The position numbers and the translations under genes are program-made. From contig OZ024740.1 of the NCBI GenBank assembly GCA_964016885.1, positions 212,412,001-212,476,000 on the forward strand: 64,000 nt of DNA, read 5' to 3'. The notes under the pieces are model-generated. The model did not search any database. It was not told the DNA's origin and saw only the letters and a program-made list of their open reading frames with translations. Positions 27,641 to 42,400 of this stretch are shown here, in pieces; within the stretch, counting starts at the first letter, position 1; each line of letters starts with the position of its first letter. Source of the DNA: Eledone cirrhosa (Eukaryota).

Positions 27641-28369
27641 ATATATTAGTAGATTATTTGGATGATCGTGCTGGTAGTTGATTGTGTTGTGGTATTGATT
27701 CGTTTGTTGCGAGCGTGCTCACTTGTAGCTTGCTGTATCGTGTGGTCACTGTTGTGTGACACAGTGTGACCAGAGGTTGCATGTGTGCAGGTAAGTGAGT
27801 GTTCAATAAGATGATGATGATATGATAGTTCCTTGATCACGCAGAAAATGAATATATCTAAATGAATATATCTAAATGAACCACGATGACACCAAACCGC
27901 CATATTATTAATTTATTGAAAATAACTCACGCCGGAGCTATACGAAAAATAGACAGGAATTATGTACGTTATTTGTTTGTTACCAAGAAAACATCATGAA
28001 CTTCACTGGCTTTGTTAAGAGAGAGACCAAGAGATAGAGATTGAGTGAAAGAGAGAGAATAAATCGCCATTTATTTCAATCACTATTCTGAAGATATTCA
28101 CGTAACTTTCACTCAATTTTCCATTTAATCCCCATTTTAATTTTTAAAACAGTTTTCGTGAAAAATGTTCTCACTCTTTTCAAGAGGAGACGGGGTAGAT
28201 GTAGATGATCAGTATACTACAGTGAAGCAAAGACGAGTACAGTTAGCCAGAGAAAGGTCACTAGAGACCCATGCATCAACGAAAGCAAAGACATGAAAAC
28301 GACCAGAGGAGAGATGCTGCATGCAAACAATAGCAAGGGAAAAATAATTAGAATAATTACGCCAGAAAA

Positions 28370-29504
28370 ATGCAATCCGCCGGAGCCAAGAACCAAGAGT
28401 CAAAAGAGGAAAGAGAAAAAAGTTTAAAGGATGCCAATGAGACAATAGGTCAGCGAGAGATTAGACAACGAAAAAACCAGGAGCAAACAGTTGCTGCAAG
28501 ACTTCGCCGATCCTCAGAGGAGAGACGTAAGCGTCTTGATCAAAATAGGCTGAATAAGTTTCACAAAAGAGTTACACCTTTCAAGGGGAGTTGGAAAGGA
28601 TCAACTTTCAACTATGATCCAAAACATGATTATTCTACAGAGATATTGATTGATATTGGAGCAATGTCAAAAGAGTGCAGTTTTTGTAAAGGAAAGAAAT
28701 GGGAAAGAGAAACCACCACTATGTGTTGTGATGGAGGAACAGATACTTTGAAGCTATTGTTTTGGGAAACACATCAAGGAGCATGCACTCCTTGAAAACA
28801 TTACGAATTATAATTCTGCTTTCCAAATGACCTGCTTTGGTAGTAATATTTTAAGAGAAGGGAACATGAAGCCAACTTTTAAAGTTCAAGGTCAACTATA
28901 CCATTGTATTGGATCTTTGTTACCAACTGATGGCAAAAATCCTCAGTTTTTACAGCTATAATTTGTGGCAAATTACAAGGGGCAGACTTTGCAACGATCA
29001 TTTAACCTTCCAAATTTGAAAGACGAGTTAATCTTTGATTTGCAAGATATGTTGCATGCAAACAATAGCTACATCAAAAACTTCAAATATGCATTATAAC
29101 CTGCACTGCTCACTGAATATAAGATAGTTATTGATGCAGACATAAAGCCTGTTGCTGAACTCTGAGGCTGCTACAATGCCCCTGCTGCAAATGAAGTAGC
29201 AGCAATTATTACAGGCGACGAGTATGGGAAGAGAGATATTATTTAAGGAAGAGGAAATAAGATGCAACGGATAAATGTAACCCACTGATCATATGGTGCA
29301 CTCCAGTATCCATTAATCTGTGTATTTGGCCAAGATAGATATCACTTTGGTATAAAAGAAACAGGTCTTAAAAGAAGAGTTCCTGCACGGACAAAAATAG
29401 TAAGCTGCATGGAATTCTATGATTACCTTTTCATATTAAGAGAGCAAGACATCAACATTCTTCATCGTTCACGCGACCTCTTCCAGCAATTTGCAGTTGA
29501 TGTG

Positions 29505-29506
<2 letters not shown>
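28370..29506 (+). mobile_element. Helitron RepHel N-terminal pseudogene fragment
   Basis: IGAMSKECSFCKGKKW..MCCDGG, YNSAFQMTCFG, TFKVQGQLYH.IGSL, YNAP..NEVA, YGALQYP and RDLFQQFAVD. Confidence 0.85.
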
Positions 29507-29582
<76 letters not shown>

Positions 29583-29583
<1 letters not shown>

Positions 29584-30472
29584 TAGCAGCTGAGGCCACT
29601 TTTTATTAAGTTAATAATTTGAAAAATATTATTGAAAGTTTATTATAAAGAAGCAGTTTCAGGTAAAAATAATAGAAATATGCACTTGGGGCTGGACGGC
29701 GTACAATGAGAAGTGGAGCGACGTGAAAAGCGTTGTTTATTAACAGCGAAATAGCAATGTCGATGATATGCAATTTGAAAAATACTACTTACTGTTAGTG
29801 GTGGTTAACATGTATTAGAATTAAAATAAAAACCGCGTTCCTTCTTCGCAATTTAAGGGTTTTATTTTTTTGATGGAAAACAGTGACCGTACTGCAGAAT
29901 CGATTTCATAAAACGGTACTGTATGATCGTTAAATGTAGACGGATGATAGTTTATTAACAGCGAAATAGAAATGTCGATGATATGCAAGTTTAAAAATGC
30001 ATAAAAATGATAATGAAACGTACTGTAGAAGGCAACAGTTTATTAGTCTGCATTTTCAAACTTGCATATCATCGACATTGCTATTTCGCTGTTAATAAAC
30101 AACGCTTTTCACGTCGCTCCACTTCTCATTGTACGCCGTCCAGCCCCAAGTGCATATTTCTATTTTTTTTCCTGAAACTGCTTCTTTATAATAAACTTTC
30201 AATAATATTTTTCAAATTATTGGTACTGTATGTTAATAGCGAAAGAACGTTGATGAGTTTAAAAATTTGTATGAAATTGTAAATAACTAATCCAAGTAAT
30301 AGAACAAGGGGAAATAACTCACCGAACGCGATAGTAAATAGACCGTTTGGGGCTCTAGGGGCCACATTTTTCAAGTTAGGTGTGTAAATTTTCATGTCCG
30401 TCCGACCACGTCTACTACCATTTAACCGTTCACATCTGAATTTCAACCACCACCCATTTCACAAATATATAT

Positions 30473-30476
<4 letters not shown>
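29583..30476 (-). mobile_element. Non-autonomous Helitron-like element with an internal ~170-bp inverted repeat
   Basis: CTAG^T 3' end next to (TA)n. Inverted arms at 29613-29782 and 30052-30221. Confidence 0.5.
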
Positions 30477-30538
<62 letters not shown>

Positions 30539-31029
30539 GACAGAGAGACAGAGAGTGATGTCTGCGCGTTCTTTGTTTCGCGAACAGCATCTCTAATTGA
30601 GTCAGTGAAGATTTGTGTGGGTGTGTCAGTGTGTGTGTGTGTGTGTGTGTCGTCACACAATAGATCAAAGTATCAGTAGGTTTGTCGTTTTACAGCAGTC
30701 ATTGAAAGTTAGGTGATACTAACTACAACACAAACCCATTTTACAGAACACAGAAAAAATTGATTCTATTTGAAATTAATCTACGGTGTATAATAATTTT
30801 TCTTTTTGACGATAGTGTCATATTATTATTGACCTAATAAAGTACCAGTAATGCACTGGGTAATTGCTGGCCTTGTGCCAAAAGTAGAAATAATTATTAT
30901 TGACCTAATTCAGATGACAGTGTCAACCTATTCTCTAAGGCTGCGATTTGCATTTATATCTATTTTTTTATATTGATTTGTATTGTTTGTTCGTTTTTTC
31001 ACGATATTTTCCAAGAAAATTAATTTCAT

Positions 31030-31645
31030 CATGTCACCAAAATACCGCTCATCTATCGCTGTAGTTACAATGTCAGCCAAACGGTTGAAATCTCCAAGCG
31101 AAAGAGAAACTCAGAGACGGGAAACAGAAAGACGATCGCAACTTTCTGAAAGTGAACAGAACTTGAGACGGGAAACAGAAAGATTAAGGCAAGAATAAAG
31201 ACAACCTCAACAAACAGAGGCTGAATATGAAAATCACCAAGAGGCAATGAGAGTTGCGATACAAACACGGCGGGCACAAAGGACTCTTCAAGGCAGAATA
31301 AACTGGCTAAGAGCTGCGTTTTCATATGATCCATCGAGAAATTATAGAAATGATCCTAAAGTTGCGATTGGTAGCATGGATATTACACTTGGCATGTTAC
31401 TTAGGAGGAAAGGTCAGACCTCCACTGATAGAGGATCCTCCAGCTTTTATCCATATACTACTTACAGACCGTACTAACGAAGCTAAACACCTCAGGAGCA
31501 ATGTTATTCGGTATATTGTTGCATTTCAGATGACGTCCTTTGGAGCTGAAAAAGATCATACTGGCTATGGTTATTTCACATTTAAAATCCAAGGACAATG
31601 CAAACATTTAATCAGCAGTTTACTCCCCCAGCCTAATACGGATGT
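31030..31645 (+). mobile_element. Second Helitron RepHel N-terminal fragment
   Basis: AAFSYDP..IGSM, GGKV.P, AFQMTSFGA and TFKIQGQ..HLISSLLP. Confidence 0.78.
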
Positions 31646-32214
31646 TATTGTTTCTCTCTCTCTTTCTCACACGCTCCCTCTCACTCTCTCTCTCTTTCTC
31701 TCTCTCATTATCTCTATCTACCCCTCTCTCTCATATTGTATATAAAGAAGTATTACATTTATGGTATAAATTATGACAATAATAATTAATGATAAAATAA
31801 TTCCAACAATAATATGATGAAATAAGAATTATATTTCGGAGTAATTATTCTGCCCTAGTTTTCTACAACTATGGAATTTCAATAGTGTCAAGTTGAGCAT
31901 AATGAATTGCAGTGTTTGAGAGTAGAATCATTGTAGTAATTTCAATTTAATATGTACTCAAATACATATCTTATAATTTCAGAAATCGTCAACTTTGTTA
32001 AGAAGTAGATAAAGGACATGTTATTTTATTGTTTTTTTTTATATCATAACTTTGTAAGTTCACCAATTTGGTTGGAGTAGAAATGAAGAATCCACCAATT
32101 TAATTACCAACTACAAACAATTTTTAAAGGATTGTAACGATCGAACTTGACACCAACTACAAACAATTTTCAAAACAAGTAAGATTGATGTTGCTGAGAC
32201 AGCAATAATAATAA

Positions 32215-32406
32215 TGATTTCTGATTTAGGTACAAGGCCAGCAATTTTAGGGGCAGGGAAAGTCGATTAAATCGACCCCAGTGCGTGACTGGTACTTTAT
32301 TTTATCGACCTCAGCAGGATTTAAACTCAGAACGTAAAGGGCCATAACTCTATGCTGCAAAAGCATGGTGTCTGACGCTCTACCGATACTGCTAATCCAC
32401 CGCCCT
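32215..32406 (-). mobile_element. SINE, related subfamily
   Basis: Same head and core, different tail. Confidence 0.7.
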
Positions 32407-32447
32407 TATACTACTACTACTATTAATAATAATGATAATAATAATAA

Positions 32448-35400
32448 GAATGCTTTTTTTATTAGCCATACAGGGCTCACATTAAGGAAACATTAAATAC
32501 GGTACAGGAAGATACAGTGTGGGTTTTTGTGTAAAATAAAATTTATAAAAGTGATTAAGAAAATAAACAAAAAAAAAACAAATTCCCCAAAAGTGAGGGG
32601 ACTCCAAGGATTACTCGTGGAGAAAGCCCGCAAAAAGCCACGGTCACCATGGCTGCTAGGGCAAGCGCCCTCTCCCAGTTGTCCTCCCTCAATACTACAG
32701 GCACACGCTCCGGGTAGGCGCATTCACACGGGCCATTCTTGCTTCTCTCACTCCTACCCACCCCTTTCAACAAACTAGCTGGAAAGCTACACTTCCCTTT
32801 CCACCCTGATTTTCCTTTTCAGGTAAAAACTGAAAACGTTAATGAGAGCGTCGCCGAAGAGGAAAGTGTCCTCTTCAACCCTTTCAGACGCGTCCACCAT
32901 ACAACCCCTTTCACCATAGCCACCGGGCAGATAAAACTGCTTGCCCTTCCTGGTTAAAGGAGGGCGGTGGGGTAATCTTCATGATGGACTCAGCTAATAG
33001 CCTGATCCACACTACACGCGACAGCAGATGTCTAACATAAACCCACATGTCAACGATACACGGATACTGGACGAGTGCGTGTTAGACTGTTTCGTCGTCC
33101 CATGCGCATCTCGGACAGGCCCGGCTGACGGCACTTCTATGCCTGTAAAGTTTATCTCGAACTGGCAACGTTCCCCGGTAGCACTGTCAGGTCAGGGATT
33201 TCTGCAAGGTATCCATTGGCCCTGGACTGAAAGTCCTCTGGAAGGTAATAGCTAGTTGGATTTCGTCGGCACCAAGACTTTCCCAAAGGACGTCGCCGCC
33301 GCTCTTGCCCTCCACTAACATTCTATAGAAAGCCAAGGTGGAGTTTCCACCGATCCCAAAGCCCGATTGGCAAAGGGCAGTGAGCGTTTGGAGACATTCC
33401 AATTTCCAAGCGCTTGCTCTCGGTTTCCGCTTGACCCAGAACTGCAGCTCCTTCAAGGAGATGAGTTGAAGAAAAACGTGCCAAGCGAAAGGAAACCTCA
33501 CATGCTCACCGCCGAGGAAAATCTGGAGATGACGTAGTCTCCACGTAGCGGGTGTTGACAGCAGATGGAACCGCATCCCTTCCACAAAAACGAAACAACA
33601 AACGATCTAGTGCAGTCAGACGAGTCTTAGGACAAGGCACGAAGATCAGGCGTACATCACGCGTACATCACGCCCGATTGGTCGAGGGCTGTGAGAGCCT
33701 GAAGACATTCCAGTCTCCAAGCGCTCCCTCTCGGTCTTCGCTTGACCCAGGACTGCAGCTCCGTCAAGGAGACGAGCTGGGGAAAGACGTGTCTAGCAAA
33801 CGGCGACCACACCTGATCACCGTCGAGGAAGAGGTGGAGATGTCGTAGCCTGAGCGCGTGTCTGCTCATCATCAGCCACGGCATGCCCAGCCCTCCGCGT
33901 AGCGGGTGTTGACAGCAGATGGACCGCCTGACCACCGGAGAGCGTCCCTTCCACAAAAAGCGAAAGAGCAAACGCTCCAGCGCAGTCAGGCGGGGCTTAG
34001 GACAAGATACGACGGTCATGCGGTAGTAGATGACGGATGCGATGTACGCGTTAGCCAACTCCGCTCGACCTTTCAGGGATAGCTTCCTCTCGGCCCATTT
34101 CTGGGTGAGAAAAGCCACCCTGCTCGTCACCTCGTCCCAGTTTTTGTCCGTCTGGAGGTCCGGACCGAACCAGACTCCTAGCAATTTAACCGGTTCGTCC
34201 GTCCAGCGCCCGACGACGCTGTTGGACGGCATGGACCTGCCTCTCCAGGTGCCGAGCTGCAGGCTCACTGACTTTTCCTGGTTGATCATTGCTCCTGTCA
34301 CCGCTTCGTATTCTCATAGTGTAGTGCCGATCGGCTCGATGTGTTTGGCGTTCGACAACACTACGGTGACATCGTCCGCATATGCTGACACGGATCTTCC
34401 GCATCCTAGTTCGCGCCGGACCCCCCTCAACGTCTCCAGTTTGTGCAGTAATGGCTCGAGAGTCAATACGTACAAGAGGGACGAGAGGGGACATCCTTGG
34501 CGGACCGAGCGCATGATGTTGAACGGTTCCGAAAGATGACCGTTCACTCTCACCACAGAGCAGATGTCGCTGTGCATGGCAGCGATCCAGCCTCTAAAGA
34601 CGGGCCCAAAGCCAGCCGCCCTCAGGACTGCCGCTAGGTAACGATGGTCGACCCTATCGAAAGCTTTCGACTGATCTAAATTGATCAAGGACCCACCCGT
34701 GCCAGGTTCCCTAGCTACCCTCTCTACGATGTATCACATGAGGTGGAGGTTGTCGGGGATGGATCTGTCGGGAATGGCGCACGTCTGCGCCTCTCCCACC
34801 AGACCACCAACGACAAGCGCCAACCTCTTTGCTAGCACCTTGACAAAAATCTTGAACTCTGTGTTTAGTAAAGTTATGGGCCTGAAATTATCTATGTTAT
34901 CCCCCTTGTTCGGATCCTTTCTCAGCAGCACCACAGCTCCTCGGCTGACAGAGCTGGGAGTTCTCCCGTTCTGTTGCCAGTTGCAGTAGACGTCCGCCAA
35001 GAGGCCTCCGAACAAATCTGGCATCTGTATGTAAAGTTCATAGGGCAGACCATCCAAACCAGGCGATTTACCCCTTGTGCGGCCAGTCATTGCCTCCCGT
35101 ACTTCAGCGGCTGTTATCTGCTTTTCGCAACACTCCGCCTCAGTGGCCGAGAGCCCCGGCAGTACGTCGAGGTAGACACTAAAGTCCATCCCTCGATCCG
35201 GCCCGCCGCTGGCCCCGAACAGCTGTGCGAAGTGTCGCTGAAAAGCTTCACACACTTGCCCGGGATCGAGTAGCATGCGCCCGTCGTGGTCCACCAAAGA
35301 CCGGATCGTGGCTTTGTTGCCACGACGCGCCTCCGCCACTCGGGCCCATTGAACGGCTTTCGTCCCCTCGTCTCTGAGAGCACGCACCCTAGCTCTGACA

Positions 35401-38400
35401 ACGCAGCCTTCGTGCTTTGCATTGAAGAATTGGTCAAGGGCCAATTTCGCCGCAAGTATGTCGGTCGCGATGCTTTTGCTAAGCGCCTCGTCTAATTTTG
35501 TAACTAATTCTCCCTCTGCTCTATTTTTCTCTATTGCTAAAGCCTTACTAAACCTAATGGACTCTATTCTAATTGCTCTTTTCAGAGCAAACCACCACTT
35601 GTTGTTGACGATGGCCCCCGTCAACGCCCGCTTAACTAGTTCGCTAATCCGGTCCCTGTAGGCCTTGCGCGCTGGTAAGGACGCGTTTAGCTTCCAGTAG
35701 CCGGGTCCTCGTCTATGAAGCCTATCTAAGTCAAGCACACATATCACGAATTTGTGGTCCGTGTTGCTGACTATCTTGAATTGTGGACAGCCTATGCTAG
35801 ACCTATCTATTTCCTTACAAAATAATATATCTAGATATGATCTGGATGACCCTATACGATTTGTCCAAGTCCACATTGGCACATTCGGGAAATCAAATCG
35901 GTACTTCTCAGATAGTTTAAAACGCCTGAGCAGGTTGGTGAGGCTTTTGCACCGTCCTCCCCTATCCGCTGATCCCACACAGTCCCAGCGTGCATCTAAG
36001 ATCCCGTTCCAGTCGCCCACTAACACTAAAGAGCGGGACGTTCCAAGAAAGGTCTCCAGACGCCGGAAGAAATCAGGCCGCCCTGCTCCTGTCGGGGGAT
36101 AGACGGCCACTAGCCTGAAAGCTTTCCCGTCTCCGCTGGTCATGTCTAGCACCACCAGCTTACCTTCTGGGTCCAGGAAGATGGCCCGTATGACGAGATC
36201 CAAACCTCTCCGAAAAAGCACAGCAACTCCTCTCCTCGATCCCGGACGGCTGGGAGATGCGAACACATCGTAGCCGCCGAAGATCGGTGCGAAGGCCCGT
36301 GCTTCGGAGATTCTGGTCTCGCTGATGGCCACTACATCTATGTTTAGTAACCTGAGGTCGTTGAGCAGGTGGCCCTGCTTCCATGACAACCCCAAACCAC
36401 GCGCATTTATGCTGCCTATTCTGAGTGAGGTCATGTTGAAATGGAGAGGAAAAGATGGGTAAGACCACTTACCTTACTTCTCGTTGAGGAAGGATGGTTT
36501 CTCCATCCTTTTCACTGCTTGTGACCTCCTCCGGAAGGATGTCCTTATAAATCCTCCTGGAGAGTGTTTGTCGGCAGTCTCCGATGTCTTTGGGGAATTT
36601 TTGTTTTAGTGTCGTGCACGTATTCTGTGTGATGCGAGTGATTTGTATGTGTGGAGGTGGTGTGAACTTTTGGGTTGTTGTGTAGTCTTTTTCTGTGATG
36701 CTGGTGTTGTGTTGGATGTAGTGTAATAATTGGTTGTTCAAATTTAATGCTGTGTAGTGTGTATCGTTTTGGTTGTTTTGTTTTGTTTGCGTTTGTTGTG
36801 GGTTTGTTTCTGTTTCGCTATTTGGTGACTTTTGTGGTGTTGGTGATGGTGGTGTTGGGGTTAATGATGGTGATGGTGTTGGTGTTTGTTGTGATGGGGT
36901 TGGTGATGCTGGTGTGGATGGTGGCATATCTGTACTAACTTTTTTGATTGATAGTTTATTTGTTTCCCTCTGTATTTTGTTTTTGGACGGGGAGGGAAGA
37001 GAATTTTTTCTTTTTTGGTTTCTTTTTTTCTTTTTTCCTGATACCGTTACCCACTCCTCGTCGTCACAATCTGTCTCCAGTTGTGATAGGCCGGGGAGTG
37101 GAAAATCCTCCACAGGCGTTAGTTTTGGTTGTGGCGTGGTGGATGGTGTAGGCGGTGGTGCTAGTTCTGGCGCGTTGGGTGGTGGTGGTGTTGGTTCCTG
37201 AGGTTGTTGCTGTTACAGATGCTTCTCTTGTTGGTGCTACAGTGGTTGTTGCCATCTCTGCTGCTGGTGGTGTTGATGGTTGAGTCACTGGGGTGGGTAA
37301 GAGAGGTGGCCTCAACCTTTTAGCCTGAGGGCAGAAAGCCCTTAGGTGGGTTCCTTCACCACAAACGACACACCTAGGCCTTCTTCCCTCGACAATTACG
37401 GTGAGGTGGCTGCCGTCAGTGAGGTCTATTACCTCTGGGATATCCTCAATGCTTTTTTGGTCTGCTTGGATAAGGAGCTCCATCCCTGATCCGGACCAGT
37501 TCTCCTGCTTTTCTTTCGCTATTTCGATTATCTTGGTGTTGGCTTCGATGCCGGCGAGGACGGCAGCTATTAGCCAGGGAATTTCGATGGCCGGTGGAAC
37601 GTGGGTAACCCTGATCTTTACGAGTCTCTGGCCACAATAGCTTGGGACGAGTGTGAAGTCGTCACTTCTTAATGGGGCCATGGAGTGTTCTCTAGTCTCC
37701 TGTGGTGTTTCAAAGAATACGTCCACGGTTCCATATTTTTACCCACGTCTGATGTGAGTTTTTTTTCCCCGCACATGTCCCAAAGCTATTTCGATTTGGG
37801 ACTCGGATGCCCGTTCCACTCGGCGCGATTTTATATTAATTGTTCGATAAGACACGATGCATAGGCGCTGATGCTCCATTTTATTATGTGTGGGGGGGGG
37901 AGGCTAACCCTGTACCTATCTTTCTTTACCATTTTTTTGGCTTCTTCTAATTCCTCCTGAGTTACCTGAAATGCTTCGCACTGTTTTGCTACTCTGGCAA
38001 AACTCAGAGTAGTCATTGTTGCTGTTGTTGTTATCGTTATTTTTGTTATTATTAATTTTAGTTTCAGTTGTGGTGGTGGTGGCGTCAGTGGTGTTCGGTG
38101 TGGAAGAGTTCATTTTGGTTGAATTCATTTCGATATCACGAGTTAATTTATTTTTTTCTTTTGTTTCTGTTGTCGCGGTGGTGGTGGGGGTGGTGGTTGT
38201 CGCGGTGGTGGTGGTGGCGGCTTTAACACTTGCAGTCATTGGTAATGGCGGGAAATGAATGTCTGCCTGAGACAAATTTAAAATATTGCTACTGCTTATA
38301 TTTTTAGTGTTGGCAAACGTAGTAATATTTACAATGGTGGTGTCGGTGTGAGGTGTTAGTTTGTGAGGAAGGAATGAATCTGAGTCATCCATGATTTTTC

Positions 38401-38606
38401 AAAGAAAAATTTTTGTTTGATAATTATAAAAGTTTAAATTTTGGCCTTAAGGCCCTAATTTTTTTGGGTGTCCTTTTCAGATAACAATGTATGTGCACTT
38501 ATATACAGTTAACAATAAAAATTTTCCATGAATGGCAATTTTAAACAACTGAAAATAACAAACCTTTGCGGAGCTCACGATGATACGATTTGCTACGTAG
38601 GTCGCC
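32448..38606 (-). mobile_element. Tx1/L1-clade LINE (family A), near full length, inserted in (TAA)n
   Basis: ORF1 38392-36469 (CVVCGEGTHLRAFC knuckle) and ORF2 36434-32695 (APE, RT YADD, frameshifts). AATAAA 3' end and (TAA)n on both flanks. Confidence 0.92.
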
Positions 38607-38634
<28 letters not shown>

Positions 38635-38638
<4 letters not shown>

Positions 38639-39440
38639 AATCGGAGACTGAAGGACTGATTATATCAGCACAAGATCAGTGTCTGCCAACAAAAAATTAC
38701 CAAGCCAACATAATAAAAAATGGATGCAACCCATTATGCCGTGTATGTAAAAAACAACCAGAGACCATTGATCATATAATTTCAATGTGCAGTCCTATAG
38801 CTCCAACCGAATACCTAAACAGGCATGACAGAGCTGCACAATACATACATTGGATAATGTGTAAGCATTTTGACCTGTCCCATCAAAAGAATTGGTGGGA
38901 GCATCAACCACCTCCCATACTTGAAAAAGATCACATCTCAATCTTGTGGAACTTTAGCATCCAAACCGAAAAATAGATGCAAATAGACCTGATATAATAC
39001 TGAAGGACTTTAAAAAGGGTGTATGCCTGCTAATTGATATGTCCGTTCCAATAGACAAGAATGTATCTATAAAAATATTTGAAAAATTGAGCAAGTATAA
39101 GGACCTGGAGATAGAAATTGGAAAAATGTGGAAATTGAGAACTAAAACAATACCAGTGGTTGTAGGCGCTCTGGGAATGATACCTAAGAGGTCTAATGAT
39201 TACTTATCGGAAATCCCAGGAAACCCGCGTATAGGAGAAATACAAAAGATAGTACTAATGGGAACTGCCTATATACTAAGGAAGATTCTGTCAATATAAG
39301 TACATAACAAGTCTAAACACCTAAAGATGCATGTGTGAGTATGTTCTTTCTTGAACATGGAGGACCTTGTTGTCTCTTGAGGTCACTGGTTGTGACTTGG
39401 TGATAACTCGTATGAACATAAAGCAAGATAAATGCAGCTG
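38635..39440 (+). mobile_element. 5'-truncated R4/Dong-like RLE non-LTR retrotransposon
   Basis: ETEGLIISAQDQ, CRVC..PETIDHIISMC (CCHC), RHD, RPDII..LIDMSVP, EKLSKYKDL and IPVVVGALG. Flanked by (TAA)n on both sides. Confidence 0.85.
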
Positions 39441-39459
39441 TAATAATAATAATAATAAT

Positions 39460-42400
39460 GATTTCATTTATTGACACAAGGGCCGACATATAGGGGACAA
39501 CACAAAAGACTGGGACAGTGGGGTTTTACAGAAAAATCGAGTAAATAATATGAATAACAACAAAGTAACAATAACAAAGTAACAATAAAGTAACAATAAA
39601 ATTACAAAAAGAAAAAAATTCCCCAATAGGGGGGATGACCACTTAGAGTTCCCTCAGGTACCCCACCAATCCTGAACGACCCGACGCTTCGAGAGCACCC
39701 TAGAAGGGCACCCCTCACCTCTTCAAATTTACCTACCTACAGCCGCATGACCAGAGTAGGCCCACTCACACGGGCCATTCTCGCCACATTCACCCACCTT
39801 TCAGCAAATGTACTGGGGGGCAGCGCTTCTTTCTCCACCCTCACCTTCCTTTCCAAGTGAAACTTGAAAAAGTTGATAAGGGATTGGCCGAAGAGAAAAG
39901 TGTCTGTCTTCAGTCCTTTCAACCTCGTCCACCATACAACCTCTTTCGCTACTGCCACCAGACAGAGAAAAATTGCCTGCCCTTCGTGGCCAAAAGAAGG
40001 CGGCGGGTCGATCTTCACTATGGACTCGGCCGATAGCCGGATCCTTTCTACACGCGACAAGAGCTGTTCAACATAACTCCACAAGTCAGTAATGCACGGA
40101 CACTGGACGAGTGCGTGCAGAACGGTTTCGTCGCTCTGCGCGCATCTCGGGCAGGTCCGTCTGACAGCACTTCCGTGCCTGTAGAGTTTATCTCGAACCG
40201 GCAGTGCCCCCCGGTAGCACTGCCAAGCGAGGGATTTTTGGAAATTATCCATCGTCCTCGGCTCGAAATTCCTCCGGTACAGACTGGTTAGTTCGACTTC
40301 GTTGACTCCCAGAGCCTCTCCGAGTTCGTCGTCGCACTTGCCCACCACTAATCCTCTATAGAACTCGAGAATGGAAGTTCCACTGACCGCATTGCCCGCC
40401 TGGTAGAGAGCAGTGAGTGCCTGGCAACATTCCAGATGCCAGTCATCCAGTCTCGGTCTCTTCTTGACCCAGGACTGCAACTCAGTCAAAGAAACGAGCT
40501 GCGGAAAGGCCCGTCTGACAAACGGCGACCACACCATTTCACCGTTTAGGCAGAATATCTGGAGATGCTGCAGCCTCAGCGCATGCCTGCGCATCATTAG
40601 CCACGGCATGCCCAGCCCTCCACGTAGAGGGTGCTGGCAGCAGATGGACCGCCTCACCAGTGGAACCTGACCCCTCCACAAGAATTTGAAGAGGAGCCGC
40701 TCCAAGATGGCGAGGCGCGAACGGGGGCAAGGGACGACAGTCAGACGGTAGTAGATGACGGACGCGATGTACGCGTTCGCCACCTCCGCCCGACCTTTCA
40801 GTGATAGCTTCATCCTAGCCCATTTCTGGGTGAGACTGACTACCCTGCCCGTCACCTCGTCCCAATTCTTATCCCCCTGGAGGTCTGGCCCGAACCAAAG
40901 CCGTGGCAACTTTACCGGTCCGTCCGTTCAGCGCCTAACGACGTTGTTGGACGGCATGGACTTGCCTCTCCAGGTACCGAGTTGCAAGCCCACTGACTTT
41001 TCCGGGTTAACTTTTGCTCCCGTCAACCTTTCATATTCCTCCAATAAGTTGCCAACCACCTCGATTTCTGAGGTGTCCGACACCATCACGGTGATGTCGT
41101 CCTCATAAGCCGACACAGCCTCTCCGCGTCCCGGTTCGAGCGGGATGCCCTGCAACAGCTCCAGCTTCCGCAGTAAAGGCTTGAGAGTCAATACGTACAG
41201 AAGGGATGAGAGAGGGCACCCTTGACAGACCGATCGGGAGACCTGAAACGGTTCCGAGAGGTGGCCATTAATTTTGACCATCGAGCAGGTGCCGCTGTGC
41301 ATTGCAGCGATCCAGCTTCTGAGGACGGGGCCGAAGCCAGCCGCCTTGAGGACAGCCTCCAGGTACCGATGGTCGACCCTATCGAATGCTTTTGATTGAT
41401 CTAAATTGATCAGAGCCCCACCAAAGCCAGGTTTATACCCTACCCTCTCTATGATGTATCGCATTAGGTGGAGGTTGTCGTGTATGGAGCTGGTTGGGAT
41501 TGCGCAAGTTTGCACCTCCCCAACCAAATCCCCGACGACAAGCGCCAACCTCTTCGTTAACACCCTGGCCAAAATCTTAAACTCTGTGTTGAGCAGAGTT
41601 ATGGGCCTGAAATTGTCTAATGTGTACCTCTTGTTCTCGTCTTTCCTTATCAGCGTCACTAGGCCCCGGCTCACAGAACTGGGAATACTCCCGTTTTGCT
41701 GCCAGTTGCAGTAGAGGGCTTCGAGGAGATTGGAGAACAAGTCTGGCATATTTACGTAAAGCTCGTAGGGCAGACCATCCAAACCGGGTGACTTGCGCCT
41801 CATGCAGCCGACAATGGTATCCTGAATCTCGGCTGAAGTAATTGGCCTTTCGCAGCGCCCAGCGCCAGCCGTCGAGAGTTGCGGCAAGCCATCGAGGTAG
41901 GGACTGAAGTCCGCCACCATCTCTGACCCGCCACTTCCCCCGAACAACCCAGCAAAATGTTGGCGAAAGGCCTCACACATCCGCTTGGAATCGTTCAGCT
42001 CGTGTCCGTCTCGGTCCGTCAAAGACCGAATCGTGGTTTTCTTACCACGCTGTGCCTCTGCCACGCGGGCCCATCGAACAGCTTTGGTTCCCTCCTTTCT
42101 CAGAGCACGCGCCTTAGCTCTGACAATGCAACCTTCGTGTTTCGCATTGAAGAAATGGTCTAATGCCTTTCTCGCCGCTAGCACATCAGTTGCAATGACA
42201 CGACCAATAGCCTCGTCTAACTTATCTACCAACTCCCCCTCCTTTCTATTTTTCTCTAATGCTACTTCTTTGCTAAACTCTATCGACATTACTCTAATCT
42301 CTCTTTTGAGAGCCCCCCACCATCTATTGTTGACGATTCCCCCTGTCAACTTTTTCTTAACTAAATTGTTGACCTGGTCCCTGTAAGCCTTACGTGCCGG

